From Candidatus Poribacteria bacterium (GTDB lineage Bacteria > Poribacteria > WGA-4E > WGA-3G): a stretch of 64,000 nt of DNA. The stretch's first letter is position 1. Each line of letters starts with the position of its first letter. Under the pieces are notes generated by a model. The model saw nothing but the letters and a program-made list of their open reading frames with translations, did not search any database and was not told the DNA's origin. The stretch is from assembly GCA_965198235.1 (NCBI GenBank), contig OZ240248.1:1504001-1568000 (forward strand), read 5' to 3'. A program made the translations under genes and the position numbers. Shown one piece after another: positions 20,995-31,619 of the stretch.

Positions 20995-21564
20995 ATGAAG
21001 CTACAAGAAATCCACGAAGTTGAGCAAGGAATACGTCCGCCAGAAAGTGTCAAGATGACGTTAGAGGAGTTTCTCGAGCATGATATAGAGGGATATGAAT
21101 ATGTTAAGGGAGAATTAGTACCAATGGCACCACCGTCGAGAGAACACGGTGAAATTAGTATCAATGTTATTAGATACCTGGATGCGCATGTGTATCAGAA
21201 TAAAGTGGGTCGTTTGTACACTGCGGAGACCACGTTTCAGGTTGCGGAACGTATAATGAAACCTGATGTCGCATTTGTTTCGACTGCACAGTTGACGGGC
21301 GACAGAACAAAGGGGTTTCCTATACCACCCGATCTGGCAGTTGAAGTTGTTTCTCCCTCGGATGTCCAATCTCGTATTGCCGAGAAGGCACTTGCATATT
21401 TGAACGCGGGAACCCGCCTCGTCTGGGTGCTTGAACCTGTTTCCCAAACCGTGACGGTATATCGTTCTGAGACGAATATTGAGACGCTCACGCGTGATGA
21501 TACACTCACTGGTGAGAATGTCATACCGGGTTTTACCTGCCCAGTCGCGCACCTATTTGAGTAG
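20995..21564 (+). CDS. Uma2 family (DUF820) endonuclease-like protein
   Basis: YEYVKGEL, PDVAFV, PPDLAVEVVSPS, YL.AGTRLVWV, IPGF. Confidence 0.92.
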   Translation: MKLQEIHEVEQGIRPPESVKMTLEEFLEHDIEGYEYVKGELVPMAPPSREHGEISINVIRYLDAHVYQNKVGRLYTAETTFQVAERIMKPDVAFVSTAQLTGDRTKGFPIPPDLAVEVVSPSDVQSRIAEKALAYLNAGTRLVWVLEPVSQTVTVYRSETNIETLTRDDTLTGENVIPGFTCPVAHLFE

Positions 21565-21696
21565 TTCGATCTATTTATCGTCTTAAAAACTTAGCCAGAG
21601 ACGGCAGCCTATAGCCGAAGGCGAAAGGCGGATTTTTGGAAATTGCCGTCCAATGCCAATGTGTCCCGACAGCTCCCGTTAGGGCTAAATTAAAAA

Positions 21697-24135
21697 ATGG
21701 AAACGCTACAGGGTATACTTGAACGCATCGTCTATGAACACCCTGACACCGGCTATACAGTCGGAAGACTTTCCGCGCGCGACCATGCCGAACTCATCAC
21801 TGTTGTCGGCAATTTGGCATCTATTAACCCGGGTGAGAGCCTTCTCCTACAGGGACAGTGGGTAGATAACGCCAAATACGGCAGACAGTTCCAAATCGAG
21901 AAGTATGAAACCATCCTCCCCGCAAATGTAGTCGGATTAAGAAAATATCTCGGCTCAGGTCTCATCAAAGGCATCGGGCCCAAGATGGCGACACTCATCG
22001 TCCGTAAGTTCGGGATGGACACGATGGATGTCATTGAAAACGAGCCTGAAAAATTAGCACGCGTCCCCGGTATTGGGCGGAAGCGGGTACAAATCATCAA
22101 AGAAGCGTGGGAAGCGCAACGCGAAATAAAAAACGTCATGCTCTTCCTGCAATCGCACGATGTAAGCACGGCGCACGCCGCAAAAATTTACAAAACCTAT
22201 GGAAACGACGCAATCCCGATCGTCACAGAAGACCCGTATCGTCTCGCAGATGACATTTACGGTATCGGCTTTGTAACGGCAGACACAATCGCACAGAAGC
22301 TTGGTATTGATAAGGATGCCCCGCAGCGGGTACAAGCCGGTATCAAATATGTTCTCAGCCAGAAGGCAGATGATGGACACGTCTTCCAACGCCGTGCGGA
22401 ACTTATTGAGGCGTGCCAAACCATACTTGAGCAGGAAACGGAAGCGGTTGAACAAGGTATCTCCGTCCTCGTCGAAGAAAAGGAAATTATTAACCCCAGT
22501 TTTACAGACTTAGCGAGTTCCGACGAACAGACAAGTGTGAGTGAGGCACAGGATGCATACGAGATTAGCAATCAGCAACCAGCAGCCAGTAAGGAAAAAG
22601 GAATTTCCGATGCACATCAGGAACCTCCTTTAACTGACAACCGACAACCGATAACTAATAACCATTCCGCCATCTATCTCGCACCCTTTTACTACGCCGA
22701 ACTCGGAGTCGCAAACCAGTTTTTGAGGCTCTTGGCGTCCGATCAAGGGAAACCAAGCACCGTTCCGCTGTTACCTAACAGTACGCCGTCCCTCACCCAA
22801 TTGGAGCGCGAGATGGGTATCCGTTTCGCGCTCCAACAACGCGAGGCGATCCATACCGCCATGACGACACGCGCACTGATCCTTACTGGCGGACCCGGCA
22901 CCGGTAAAACGACGACTGTTGTCGGCATGATTCGTCTGTTTGGAGCAGAAGGCAGACGCATCACCCTGACAGCACCCACCGGACGAGCGGTAAAACGTCT
23001 CAGTGAGACAACAGGCAGCGAAGCCAAAACCATTCATCGGCTCCTTGAATTCTCGCCACAAATCAACGGATTTAAGCGGAATCGACAGAACCCTTTAGAC
23101 ACAGATGTCGTCATTGTTGATGAAACATCTATGGTGGACCTCGTCCTGATGAACCGTTTGATGCAGGCAATCCGTCCGACGACGACTGTCATCCTCATCG
23201 GAGACACCGATCAGCTTCCCTCTGTCGGCGCAGGCAATGTCCTCAGAGAACTCATTGATTCCCAAAGGATATCCGTCATTCAACTCACCGAGATATTCCG
23301 CCAAGCGCAGGAGAGTATGATCGTCACCAATGCCCATCGCATTAATAAGGGCGATTTTCCAGAACTCACTGGCGACACAGATCGGAACTTTTTCTTCATG
23401 GAGGAGGAAGACCCCGAAGCAATTACCGAATTAATATGTTCCATCATTGCTGATCGGTTACCACGGCACTACGATTACCATCCAGTAGACGATATCCAAC
23501 TCCTATGCCCGATGCGACGCGGGACACTCGGCACTGAAAACCTCAACAAACGCCTCCAGGAGGTGTTGAACCCGGAATATGCTGCTCCAGTATCCCATCC
23601 CTTAGAAAAATCGAGGTTCTCGGAAGCACGCCATCATGATGATCGTGATCGCGTGACTTCCGAAGGCGTTCGGACTTACAAACGGATGTCAGAGCCCGCT
23701 GATCGATCTCAGACCGCAGGTGGGTTCCGCATCGGTGATAAGGTGATGCAAGTCCGCAACAACTACGACTATGACGTGTTCAACGGCGATATCGGAAGAG
23801 TCGTTGCAATTGAGCACATTGACAAAAAGGTGTACATCCAGTTCCCGGATAAACAGGTCGCTTACGATACAGCAGACCTTGGGGAGCTTGTTTTGGCTTA
23901 CGCTACGACTATCCATAAAGCACAAGGCAGCGAATATCCCGCCGTTGTTATTCCCTTACACACACAACACTATCTCATGTTACAACGGAATCTGCTTTAC
24001 ACCGGCATCACCCGTGCGAAGGAGCGCGTCGTGATAGTCGGGACCAAACGCGCACTCGGAATTTGTATCCGTAACAATCAAGTTATGCAACGCAACAGCT
24101 ACCTCGCCGAACGCCTTCAAGAGAGTGGAAATTAA
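21697..24135 (+). CDS. recD2: ATP-dependent RecD-like DNA helicase
   Basis: YLGSGLIKGIG, HhH repeats, GGPGTGKTT, VDETSM, QLPSVGAG, TIHKAQGSEY, LLYTGITRA. Confidence 0.95.
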   Translation: METLQGILERIVYEHPDTGYTVGRLSARDHAELITVVGNLASINPGESLLLQGQWVDNAKYGRQFQIEKYETILPANVVGLRKYLGSGLIKGIGPKMATLIVRKFGMDTMDVIENEPEKLARVPGIGRKRVQIIKEAWEAQREIKNVMLFLQSHDVSTAHAAKIYKTYGNDAIPIVTEDPYRLADDIYGIGFVTADTIAQKLGIDKDAPQRVQAGIKYVLSQKADDGHVFQRRAELIEACQTILEQETEAVEQGISVLVEEKEIINPSFTDLASSDEQTSVSEAQDAYEISNQQPAASKEKGISDAHQEPPLTDNRQPITNNHSAIYLAPFYYAELGVANQFLRLLASDQGKPSTVPLLPNSTPSLTQLEREMGIRFALQQREAIHTAMTTRALILTGGPGTGKTTTVVGMIRLFGAEGRRITLTAPTGRAVKRLSETTGSEAKTIHRLLEFSPQINGFKRNRQNPLDTDVVIVDETSMVDLVLMNRLMQAIRPTTTVILIGDTDQLPSVGAGNVLRELIDSQRISVIQLTEIFRQAQESMIVTNAHRINKGDFPELTGDTDRNFFFMEEEDPEAITELICSIIADRLPRHYDYHPVDDIQLLCPMRRGTLGTENLNKRLQEVLNPEYAAPVSHPLEKSRFSEARHHDDRDRVTSEGVRTYKRMSEPADRSQTAGGFRIGDKVMQVRNNYDYDVFNGDIGRVVAIEHIDKKVYIQFPDKQVAYDTADLGELVLAYATTIHKAQGSEYPAVVIPLHTQHYLMLQRNLLYTGITRAKERVVIVGTKRALGICIRNNQVMQRNSYLAERLQESGN

Positions 24136-24422
24136 CGCATCCTTGCTAAGGCGATCACTTTAGCGATACTGTCATGAAAGGAATTACTAAAGTTTGAACA
24201 ATTTGTATGTTATCATGGGGTACTCTCAAGAAGATGCCCAGTTCTTGTTGAGGATCTGGTTAATGTTCTGTAGTTTCGTTTTTTCAAGAGAATTCTTAGA
24301 AAAGGAACATTTCGGTATCAGTATACAGCAGCCCCAGCGGGGCGAAATGTGTGTAGAACTTGCGTGCCACCGCACTTGAAGCCCCAGCGGGGCGAAATGT
24401 GTTAGTTTAGAGAGACTATTCT

Positions 24423-27400
24423 ATGCAATTTAAACACCTATTTTTTACGATAACGTTTTTATTAAATCTTTTACTCACCAGTTTCGCACAGGAACCAACG
24501 CTTCTTGACCATGGCGGTGGTGTGCGAACGGTAGTATTTTCCCCTGTGAATAGCCAACTTATTGCGAGTGCTGGTGAAAGCAACGTTATCAAGTTATGGA
24601 ATCTGCAGAACGATACCGTGCAGACACTCAGAGGACACACAGGTATCGTCAATTCGATAGCATTTTCCCCGAATGGACGGTTACTTGCGAGCGTAAGCGA
24701 CGACAGAACCATCAAACTCTGGAACGTCCACAATCAACAAAATATTACGACGTTACAAGACGGGACACCCTATCGCTCCATTGCCTTTTCTCCGAATGGG
24801 CAACTGCTCGCCACAGGCGGCTGGATACATGTAAAGTTATGGGACGTGCGTCGCCGAGCGGAGATAGCGACACTTCAGCACGACGAGTCGGTTCAGACGG
24901 TAGCCTTCTCACATAACGGTCAACTCCTTGCTGCTGGAGATGCCTCCAGAGACGGTCCCGGTACAGTGAAGGTGTGGGATGTTCAGAATCGGCAAGTTAT
25001 CGCTACACTAAAAGACGATCTGGTGGTTGTCCGGGCTGTCACATTTTCGTCAGATGACCGATACTTAGCGAGCTCCCATTACAATGGGGAAGTCAAGGTG
25101 TGGGATGTATTGACTTGGGAACTTCTGCACACAATTCCACAGGCGGGGGACTATGATATTGCGTTTTCTCCCGATGGGAAAATGATCGCTGGCACAGGTA
25201 ACGGGTACGTAAATCTCTGGTGGGTTGAAGACGGAACAAAAGTTGCCCAGTTGCCAGGACCTACTGATTGGATGCATCCTGTTGATTTTTCGCACGATGG
25301 AACCTTTCTTGCTGTTGGTGCTGAAGATGGATTTGTTCGTCTCTATAATATTGAAGATATTGAGGAAGATATCGAGAGTCGTTCGCAAGCATTACAGCAA
25401 CCAGAAATGGTACGTCTTATCTACTTTTTGCCGAGTGACCGCCCTGCCCGGCCAGACAGAGTAACAGCACTCCGTCAGTTGGTTAGAGACACCCAACAGT
25501 TTCACGCCGACGAGATGGAACGCCACGGATTCGGCAGAAAAACCTTTCGTGTTGAAACCGATGAAGCGGGTGAGGTTCTGGTGCATCATATTGTTAGCGA
25601 GTTCAACGAGCAATATTATCATAAACAACCTTCTCGCGAAGTCTGGAATGAAATCGTCTGGGATAAAATCCGTGAACAATTTTACGCACCACAGCACGTC
25701 TATCTTGTTGCAATAGATGTCAATCACCAACTTATTGAATGGTGTGGGGGAGGTGACCCCGTTTGGATAGATGGTGGACTAGAGATAATCATGCCTGCGT
25801 CGGGGCACTGTTTTAACATTGGTCTCGTTGCTCATGAGCTCGGACACAGTTTTGGATTGGCGCATGATTTTCGTGACGATGCCCACGTTATGTCCTACGG
25901 AGCTATCCGGAACGAATTATCGTCTTGTGCTGCTGAATGGTTGAATGCCAGTCGCTTCCTCAACGCGAGCCAGAGCGTTTCCAATACTCCTATTCAAATC
26001 AACAATAACACAACGGTTAAGATGCTTCCACCGATCGAAACTCCACCGAATGCGATGCGTCTGCGTTTTGAAGTGAAGGATCCAGATGGACTGCATCAAG
26101 CACAGTTATATATCCCAACAACTGCTAAAGACCCTGTAGAAGGATCGGGTTTTAAATTACATAGTTGTAGGTCTTTAAGTCGCGAAGCCAAGACACTGGA
26201 GTTTATTACAACCGAGTTACCGAAGGAAAATGCATTCGCGCGCCTCCGAGTTATGGATGTACGAGGAAACTTCAGATGGTGGGAACACTATTTTCCGATT
26301 CAAGCGACTGACATCTTACGAAAGTCTGCCAACCGTGTTGGAGCGATTGATGCGGCAGGCAGTGTCCCAGAGACGTTGCAGAAAATCTCAGGGAATAAAC
26401 AACGCGGTTTCCTAAACAAGCGTCTCGCGAACCCATTCGTAGTTTCAGTCCGAGATGCTGACAACGAACCTGTTGCAGGAGTTCAGGTCATGTTTCGGGT
26501 GACTGTAGGCGGCGGGAGCCTTTCTGTCACAAAGCCTTGGACTGATTCTAACGGACGTGCTGAGACTTTTCTAACTCTTGGGCGTTCGCTGATAAATAGT
26601 GTTGAGGCAAATGTTTCTGGTGTGTCTGACCGAGTAACTTTTAGCACCTATTCGGAGCCACAAGTGCTAGTCGCTCGGTCTCAGCGTCCTCCCATGTATT
26701 GGATAGACACAAATGTAGGTACGCTCCACCGCCTTGTCGGTGCAAAAGTGGAAACCCTTGTGCCGGGCGTACAGAATGCCACCAGTCTCGCTGTTGATAT
26801 GATGAGTGAAAAACTATACTGGACCGAGAAGTCAAGTGATAGAACTGGCAAAATCCGCCGCGCAAACCTTGATGGCACGAACGTGCAACTCGTCAAGAAC
26901 TTAACAAGCGTCTCTCACAGTATTGCTATTGACACTACCAATGACAAACTCTATTTAACAAACGCTTGGGGTAAAATCCAACGGATCAATTTCGATGGAT
27001 CAAACTTTGAACCCAATCTTATCACAGGTTTGGATGTGCCAAAGCATTTTGCCTTGGATGTGGTAGAAGGTAAACTTTACTGGACGGAAACAGCAGGGCG
27101 AATCCAGCGAGCAAATCTTAACGGCTCAAACACCGAAACACTCGCAACTGACTTAGGAACACTCGGCGGTATCGCTATCGCTGATGGTAAACTCTACTGG
27201 ACAGAGCAGACTGGTGAGAGTATAGGTAGGATCCAATGTGCTAACCTTGATGGCACAAATATTCAAACGCTCACCTCATTACAGAGCGTACCTCTTGGAA
27301 TTGCCGTTGACGCTACGGGACGTAAGTTGTACTGGACAAACTCGCGTGGAAAAATCCAGCGTGCTGACCTCAATGGATCAAGCGTCCAAAATCTTGTTGC

Positions 27401-28634
27401 TGATTTAAATTCTCCTACTGGCATTACCTTGGGCATCGCACGAGATGACGTCGCCGTTACTGAAACATCTCTGGAGAAGATTACCGGTCCGTGGCTCTGG
27501 ATGATTGCCCCAACCGAAGCCGGCCAAGGTGGCGCAAAATCCAACAATGTTGATTCGCTTGCCGCTGCTAGTGGTGGAAGTGTGACGGAAGCGGACGTTG
27601 CAGCAAACGGTGCCAGAGAAGGTGACGCAGTTGGCAATTATGTGTGGACCTTTGGGGAGATTGCTGAAACCGGTGGTAATAATGTCAATGACCTCCTGAA
27701 TAAAATCGGCTTGGGCAGAGGCGATGTGGATGACCATTCGTCTTACGCACTCATCACACTTGAGTCCGCGATCGCTCAGTCAGGTGTGACAATGCGAACC
27801 GGTAGTGATGACGCTATCAAGATATGGCTCAACGGTAAAGTCGTCCATAACAACTCTATTGACCGCGGGGCGGAGGATTATCAGGACAGGTTCAAAGTTG
27901 ATTTGAAACAGGGTGATAACCTCTTACTGGTGAAAGTATCTGAACGAAGGGGTTGGTGGAGCATGTTCGTCGGTATCGATGCCGATGTCAACGCCGTCTA
28001 TAAACGTCCACCAGCACCGGTAGTGTCTTCAGATGTCAATGGCGACGGTATCGTGAATATCTTGGATCTGGTATCGGTATCGGTAAACTTTGGGAAGACT
28101 GGGCAGAGTCCGGCTGATGTCAATGGCGATGGGATCGTCAATATTATAGACCTCGTCAAAGTTGCCGGTGAGATGGGTGCTGGTGCCGCCGCTCCTTCAG
28201 CACATCCGCAGACGCTGGAGATCCTTACTGCCGCAGACGTACAACACTGGCTCACCCAAGCACAGCATTTGGGACTTACGGATGCGACCTCTCAGCGCGG
28301 TATTCTGAGGCTTCAGCTGCTGCTGGCGGCACTCATCCCAAAAGAAACCTCTCTCTTACCGAACTACCCGAATCCGTTTAACCCTGAGACGTGGATACCC
28401 TATCACTTGGCGAAACCGGCAGAGGTGACTTTATACATCTATGGGGTAGACGGTTCGTTGATTTGGAGACTCACATTGGGGCATCAGCCCGCGGGAATGT
28501 ATCATAGCAAAAGCCGCGCGGTATATTGGGATGGGAAAAATGAAGCCGGTGAGGCTGTTGCAAGTGGTATATATTTTTATACTTTTTCCGCGGGCGACTT
28601 CACGTCGACGCGTAAGATGTTAATTCTGAAGTAA
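24423..28634 (+). CDS. Large secreted multidomain protein: WD40 propeller, metzincin peptidase, Ig-like domain, YWTD propeller, dockerin-like pair, C-terminal sorting-like domain
   Basis: Signal peptide, about 7 WD40 repeats, HELGHSFGLAH, repeated KLYWT..GKIQRANLDG, 2x DVNGDGIVNI.DLV, LLPNYPNPFNPETWIPY...YWDG.N..GE.VASG. Confidence 0.88.
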   Translation: MQFKHLFFTITFLLNLLLTSFAQEPTLLDHGGGVRTVVFSPVNSQLIASAGESNVIKLWNLQNDTVQTLRGHTGIVNSIAFSPNGRLLASVSDDRTIKLWNVHNQQNITTLQDGTPYRSIAFSPNGQLLATGGWIHVKLWDVRRRAEIATLQHDESVQTVAFSHNGQLLAAGDASRDGPGTVKVWDVQNRQVIATLKDDLVVVRAVTFSSDDRYLASSHYNGEVKVWDVLTWELLHTIPQAGDYDIAFSPDGKMIAGTGNGYVNLWWVEDGTKVAQLPGPTDWMHPVDFSHDGTFLAVGAEDGFVRLYNIEDIEEDIESRSQALQQPEMVRLIYFLPSDRPARPDRVTALRQLVRDTQQFHADEMERHGFGRKTFRVETDEAGEVLVHHIVSEFNEQYYHKQPSREVWNEIVWDKIREQFYAPQHVYLVAIDVNHQLIEWCGGGDPVWIDGGLEIIMPASGHCFNIGLVAHELGHSFGLAHDFRDDAHVMSYGAIRNELSSCAAEWLNASRFLNASQSVSNTPIQINNNTTVKMLPPIETPPNAMRLRFEVKDPDGLHQAQLYIPTTAKDPVEGSGFKLHSCRSLSREAKTLEFITTELPKENAFARLRVMDVRGNFRWWEHYFPIQATDILRKSANRVGAIDAAGSVPETLQKISGNKQRGFLNKRLANPFVVSVRDADNEPVAGVQVMFRVTVGGGSLSVTKPWTDSNGRAETFLTLGRSLINSVEANVSGVSDRVTFSTYSEPQVLVARSQRPPMYWIDTNVGTLHRLVGAKVETLVPGVQNATSLAVDMMSEKLYWTEKSSDRTGKIRRANLDGTNVQLVKNLTSVSHSIAIDTTNDKLYLTNAWGKIQRINFDGSNFEPNLITGLDVPKHFALDVVEGKLYWTETAGRIQRANLNGSNTETLATDLGTLGGIAIADGKLYWTEQTGESIGRIQCANLDGTNIQTLTSLQSVPLGIAVDATGRKLYWTNSRGKIQRADLNGSSVQNLVADLNSPTGITLGIARDDVAVTETSLEKITGPWLWMIAPTEAGQGGAKSNNVDSLAAASGGSVTEADVAANGAREGDAVGNYVWTFGEIAETGGNNVNDLLNKIGLGRGDVDDHSSYALITLESAIAQSGVTMRTGSDDAIKIWLNGKVVHNNSIDRGAEDYQDRFKVDLKQGDNLLLVKVSERRGWWSMFVGIDADVNAVYKRPPAPVVSSDVNGDGIVNILDLVSVSVNFGKTGQSPADVNGDGIVNIIDLVKVAGEMGAGAAAPSAHPQTLEILTAADVQHWLTQAQHLGLTDATSQRGILRLQLLLAALIPKETSLLPNYPNPFNPETWIPYHLAKPAEVTLYIYGVDGSLIWRLTLGHQPAGMYHSKSRAVYWDGKNEAGEAVASGIYFYTFSAGDFTSTRKMLILK

Positions 28635-28742
28635 AAACGGGCTGTAGCGTAAACTGTTAATTTGCGCAAAGTAGACACAAACTAACAGTTTATGCTACGA
28701 GACCCTTTTGTCAAATTCACCTCAATTACAAGGAGCAACGAT

Positions 28743-30284
28743 ATGAAGCGATTAATGCTATTTTTTATCGGTTTCCTATTACTCTTCACACAACCCCTCG
28801 TGCATGCCGAGGTTACATTGCCGCGTGTCATCGGTAGTAACATGGTGTTACAACGCGATATGCAAGTCCCCATCTGGGGCTGGGCATCCGCAGACGAGAA
28901 AATCACGATAACCCTCAGTACCGAAGACGAAGGTGCCGAACTGCTTTTCTCGACTACTGGAGTTGCTGACTCGGAAGGCAACTGGCGAATCAAACTCCCC
29001 GCGCAGCAAGCCGATGGTCCCTATACGCTTCGTGTCACTGGAAATAATGCACTTGAACTCACGAACGTCCTCTTCGGGGAGGTTTGGGTCTGCTCCGGAC
29101 AATCAAATATGGAATGGTCGGTCCGTGCCTCGAAAGACAGCGATACAGAAATCGCTGCAGCAGACTATCCAACAATCCGACTGTTTGACATTCCGCACAT
29201 ACCATCGGGACTGCTTCAGCAAGACGTAGAAGCCGACTGGTCCGAAACCACCCCAAAAACAATCGAGAATTTCTCTGCTGTTGCCTACTATTTCGGGAGA
29301 AAACTCTACAAAAATCTCAATGTACCGATTGGATTAATAAGTACCAATTGGGGCGGCACCCGTATTGAACCGTGGACACCGCCTATCGGTTTCGCAACCG
29401 TCCCTGCCCTTGAATCCATATCTAAAGAGATTCAAGAAGCCGACGCGAACTATCGCGAGCAACTTCCGCAAAAAATGAAAGAGATTGAAGCGTGGATAGC
29501 GGAAACGCGGGAGACGTTAGAAACCGACGCTCGCCTTACACAGATACCTGAAAATAGACACCCTTTGAGGCATCACGCTAGACCAACCGGGCTCTACAAC
29601 GGCATGGTACATCCGATCGTCCCTTATGCTGTCCGTGGAGCAATCTGGTACCAAGGCGAGTCGAATCTTCAGGACGGAATGCTCTACCATGAAAAGATGA
29701 AGGCACTTATCAGTGGATGGCGCGAGGTTTGGGGACAGGGAGATTTTCCCTTCTATTTCGTGCAACTTGCCCCGTTTAACTACGGTTGGGGAGCCAGCCC
29801 ATTTTTTCTACCGGCAATTTGGGAAGCACAAGCTGCGACGTTATCCGTGCCACATACCGGTATGGCTGTAACAACAGATGTCGGTAACCTCAAGGACATC
29901 CATCCTCGAAATAAGCAGGAGGTTGGCAGACGGCTTGCCTTGTTGGCACTTGCGAAAACGTACGGCAGAGAGGATGTAACCTACTCCGGTCCGCTTTACA
30001 AGTCGATGTCGATAGAAGGGAACACAGTCCGACTGAATTTTGACTTTGTCGGTAGTGGCTTGATGGCACGAGACGGACAACCGCTGACATGGTTTGAAAT
30101 CGCAGGCGAGGACAAGCAATTCGTTGAGGCGGAAGCAACAGTTAATGGCGATACAATCGTCGTCTCCAGCGATGCCGTTGCGAATCCGGTCGCAGTTCGA
30201 TTTGGTTGGCATCAAAGTGCGGAACCGAATCTCGTGAACAAGGAAGGGTTACCTGCATCACCGTTTCGTACACATCCGTGGTAA
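28743..30284 (+). CDS. Sialate O-acetylesterase (SASA, CE6-like)
   Basis: MVLQR, GEVWVCSGQSNME, WGGTRIE, WYQGESN, DIHPRNK, GLPASPFRT. Confidence 0.92.
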   Translation: MKRLMLFFIGFLLLFTQPLVHAEVTLPRVIGSNMVLQRDMQVPIWGWASADEKITITLSTEDEGAELLFSTTGVADSEGNWRIKLPAQQADGPYTLRVTGNNALELTNVLFGEVWVCSGQSNMEWSVRASKDSDTEIAAADYPTIRLFDIPHIPSGLLQQDVEADWSETTPKTIENFSAVAYYFGRKLYKNLNVPIGLISTNWGGTRIEPWTPPIGFATVPALESISKEIQEADANYREQLPQKMKEIEAWIAETRETLETDARLTQIPENRHPLRHHARPTGLYNGMVHPIVPYAVRGAIWYQGESNLQDGMLYHEKMKALISGWREVWGQGDFPFYFVQLAPFNYGWGASPFFLPAIWEAQAATLSVPHTGMAVTTDVGNLKDIHPRNKQEVGRRLALLALAKTYGREDVTYSGPLYKSMSIEGNTVRLNFDFVGSGLMARDGQPLTWFEIAGEDKQFVEAEATVNGDTIVVSSDAVANPVAVRFGWHQSAEPNLVNKEGLPASPFRTHPW

Positions 30285-30372
30285 GGAAGAGCAATCAGCC
30301 TTCAGCGTAATAGACATCGGCAAAGAGCAGTTTGCGGCGGAAATGAAGTAAGTAACTGCCGCACGCCCTACT

Positions 30373-30469
30373 GAAAACTATTCCGCACAAGTTCCAAAGC
30401 CCATGTGAATTAACCAAAAACCTGCCCGAAACGAAGTGGAGGGCAGAGCGGAGGCCCATAGGTAAAAAT
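30373..30469 (+). repeat. Representative copy of the polar GNA-triloop interspersed repeat (about 20 copies in window)
   Basis: AATTAACC.AAAACC-stem-GAAACGAAGTGGA-stem-GCCCATAG.TAAAAA. Other copies near 5497, 5600, 35450, 38150, 39400, 43555, 44641, 46302, 48515, 51860, 52916, 53284, 56479, 56578, 56668, 60933. Confidence 0.85.
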
Positions 30470-31612
30470 ATGAAAATCACCGCGATCAAAACCTTTATGG
30501 CACAATTTGGCAATCGACCCCGCGGCCTCATCAAAGTCGAAACAGACGAAGGGCTTTACGGATGGGGCGAAGCCTATTCCACAGGTCCCGACCTCTCTGT
30601 TGAACCAATTGCTGACTACATCTTTGAAATGATTCAAGGGGACGATCCGAGGCGAATTGAATATATAATGATGAAACTGCATCAGCAGTTCCGTTTCCCG
30701 GCGGGCGGTGCCGGACTTGCTGTCATTTCCGCTGTCGATCATGCCCTCTGGGATATCAGTGGAAAAGCAGCGGGCTTACCGGTGTACATGCTCCTCGGTG
30801 GGCACGCTCGGGACCGCATCCGTGTCTACCGTGGCATCGGCGGCAGGGATGGCATTGAAGCTGCGGATCAGGCGCACAAACTTCACGAAGATTGGGGATT
30901 CACCGCTTTCAAAACGAGTCCCTACCAGCTCGATCCCGATGTAAGTCGCTGGGGACGCGTCTGCGATGCAGCCGCTACCTATTTTGAGCAAATTCGGGAT
31001 AGCACACCCTCGGAATGGGAGTTCGCCTTCGATCCGCACGCCAAAATCTTCGAGCCGATTCGTGCACTCCAACTCGCAAATGCCCTCGCTCCCTACGATC
31101 CGTATTTCTACGAGGAACCGCTCCGACCCGAGCACATGCCAGCGTGGGCACGTCTACGCGCCCAAATGCAAGTGCCACTCGCAACGGGGGAATCCCTCTA
31201 TACACGCTTTGAGTTTCTGGATGTTATTGCGGCACAAGGTGCTGACATCATTCAACCGGACATTTGTGTCTGTGGCGGACTGCTGGAGATGCGGAAGATC
31301 GCTGCAATCGCCGAAGCGCACTACGTCAGTATCGCACCCCATAACCCGATGGGACCCCTCGCGACGGCTGTTAATGTCCACTTCGCCGCCGCAACCGCGA
31401 ATTTCAAAATCCTTGAGTATCTCCTACCCACCGAGACAGAATGGAACGCGTGGGTAGACGAACCTTATCTACCAAAAGACGGTTATCTGGAATTGCGAGA
31501 CCGTCCGGGTTTAGGTGTAGAGGTGAACGAATCCGCAATCACCGACAATGAATACATCCATTGGCAGCGCACCTGTCCCATCCGACCCGATGGCTCAACA
31601 GGATATATTTAA
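30470..31612 (+). CDS. Acid-sugar dehydratase (galactonate dehydratase-like, MR/MLE family)
   Basis: ISAVDHALWDISGK, DPH, YEEP, ATGE, IQPD..CGG, APHNP, PGLG. Confidence 0.88.
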   Translation: MKITAIKTFMAQFGNRPRGLIKVETDEGLYGWGEAYSTGPDLSVEPIADYIFEMIQGDDPRRIEYIMMKLHQQFRFPAGGAGLAVISAVDHALWDISGKAAGLPVYMLLGGHARDRIRVYRGIGGRDGIEAADQAHKLHEDWGFTAFKTSPYQLDPDVSRWGRVCDAAATYFEQIRDSTPSEWEFAFDPHAKIFEPIRALQLANALAPYDPYFYEEPLRPEHMPAWARLRAQMQVPLATGESLYTRFEFLDVIAAQGADIIQPDICVCGGLLEMRKIAAIAEAHYVSIAPHNPMGPLATAVNVHFAAATANFKILEYLLPTETEWNAWVDEPYLPKDGYLELRDRPGLGVEVNESAITDNEYIHWQRTCPIRPDGSTGYI

Positions 31613-31619
31613 TTGGCTT

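Noticed and set aside
30470-31612. Gene symbol dgoD
   Set aside because: The family is clear, but substrate cannot be assigned from motifs.
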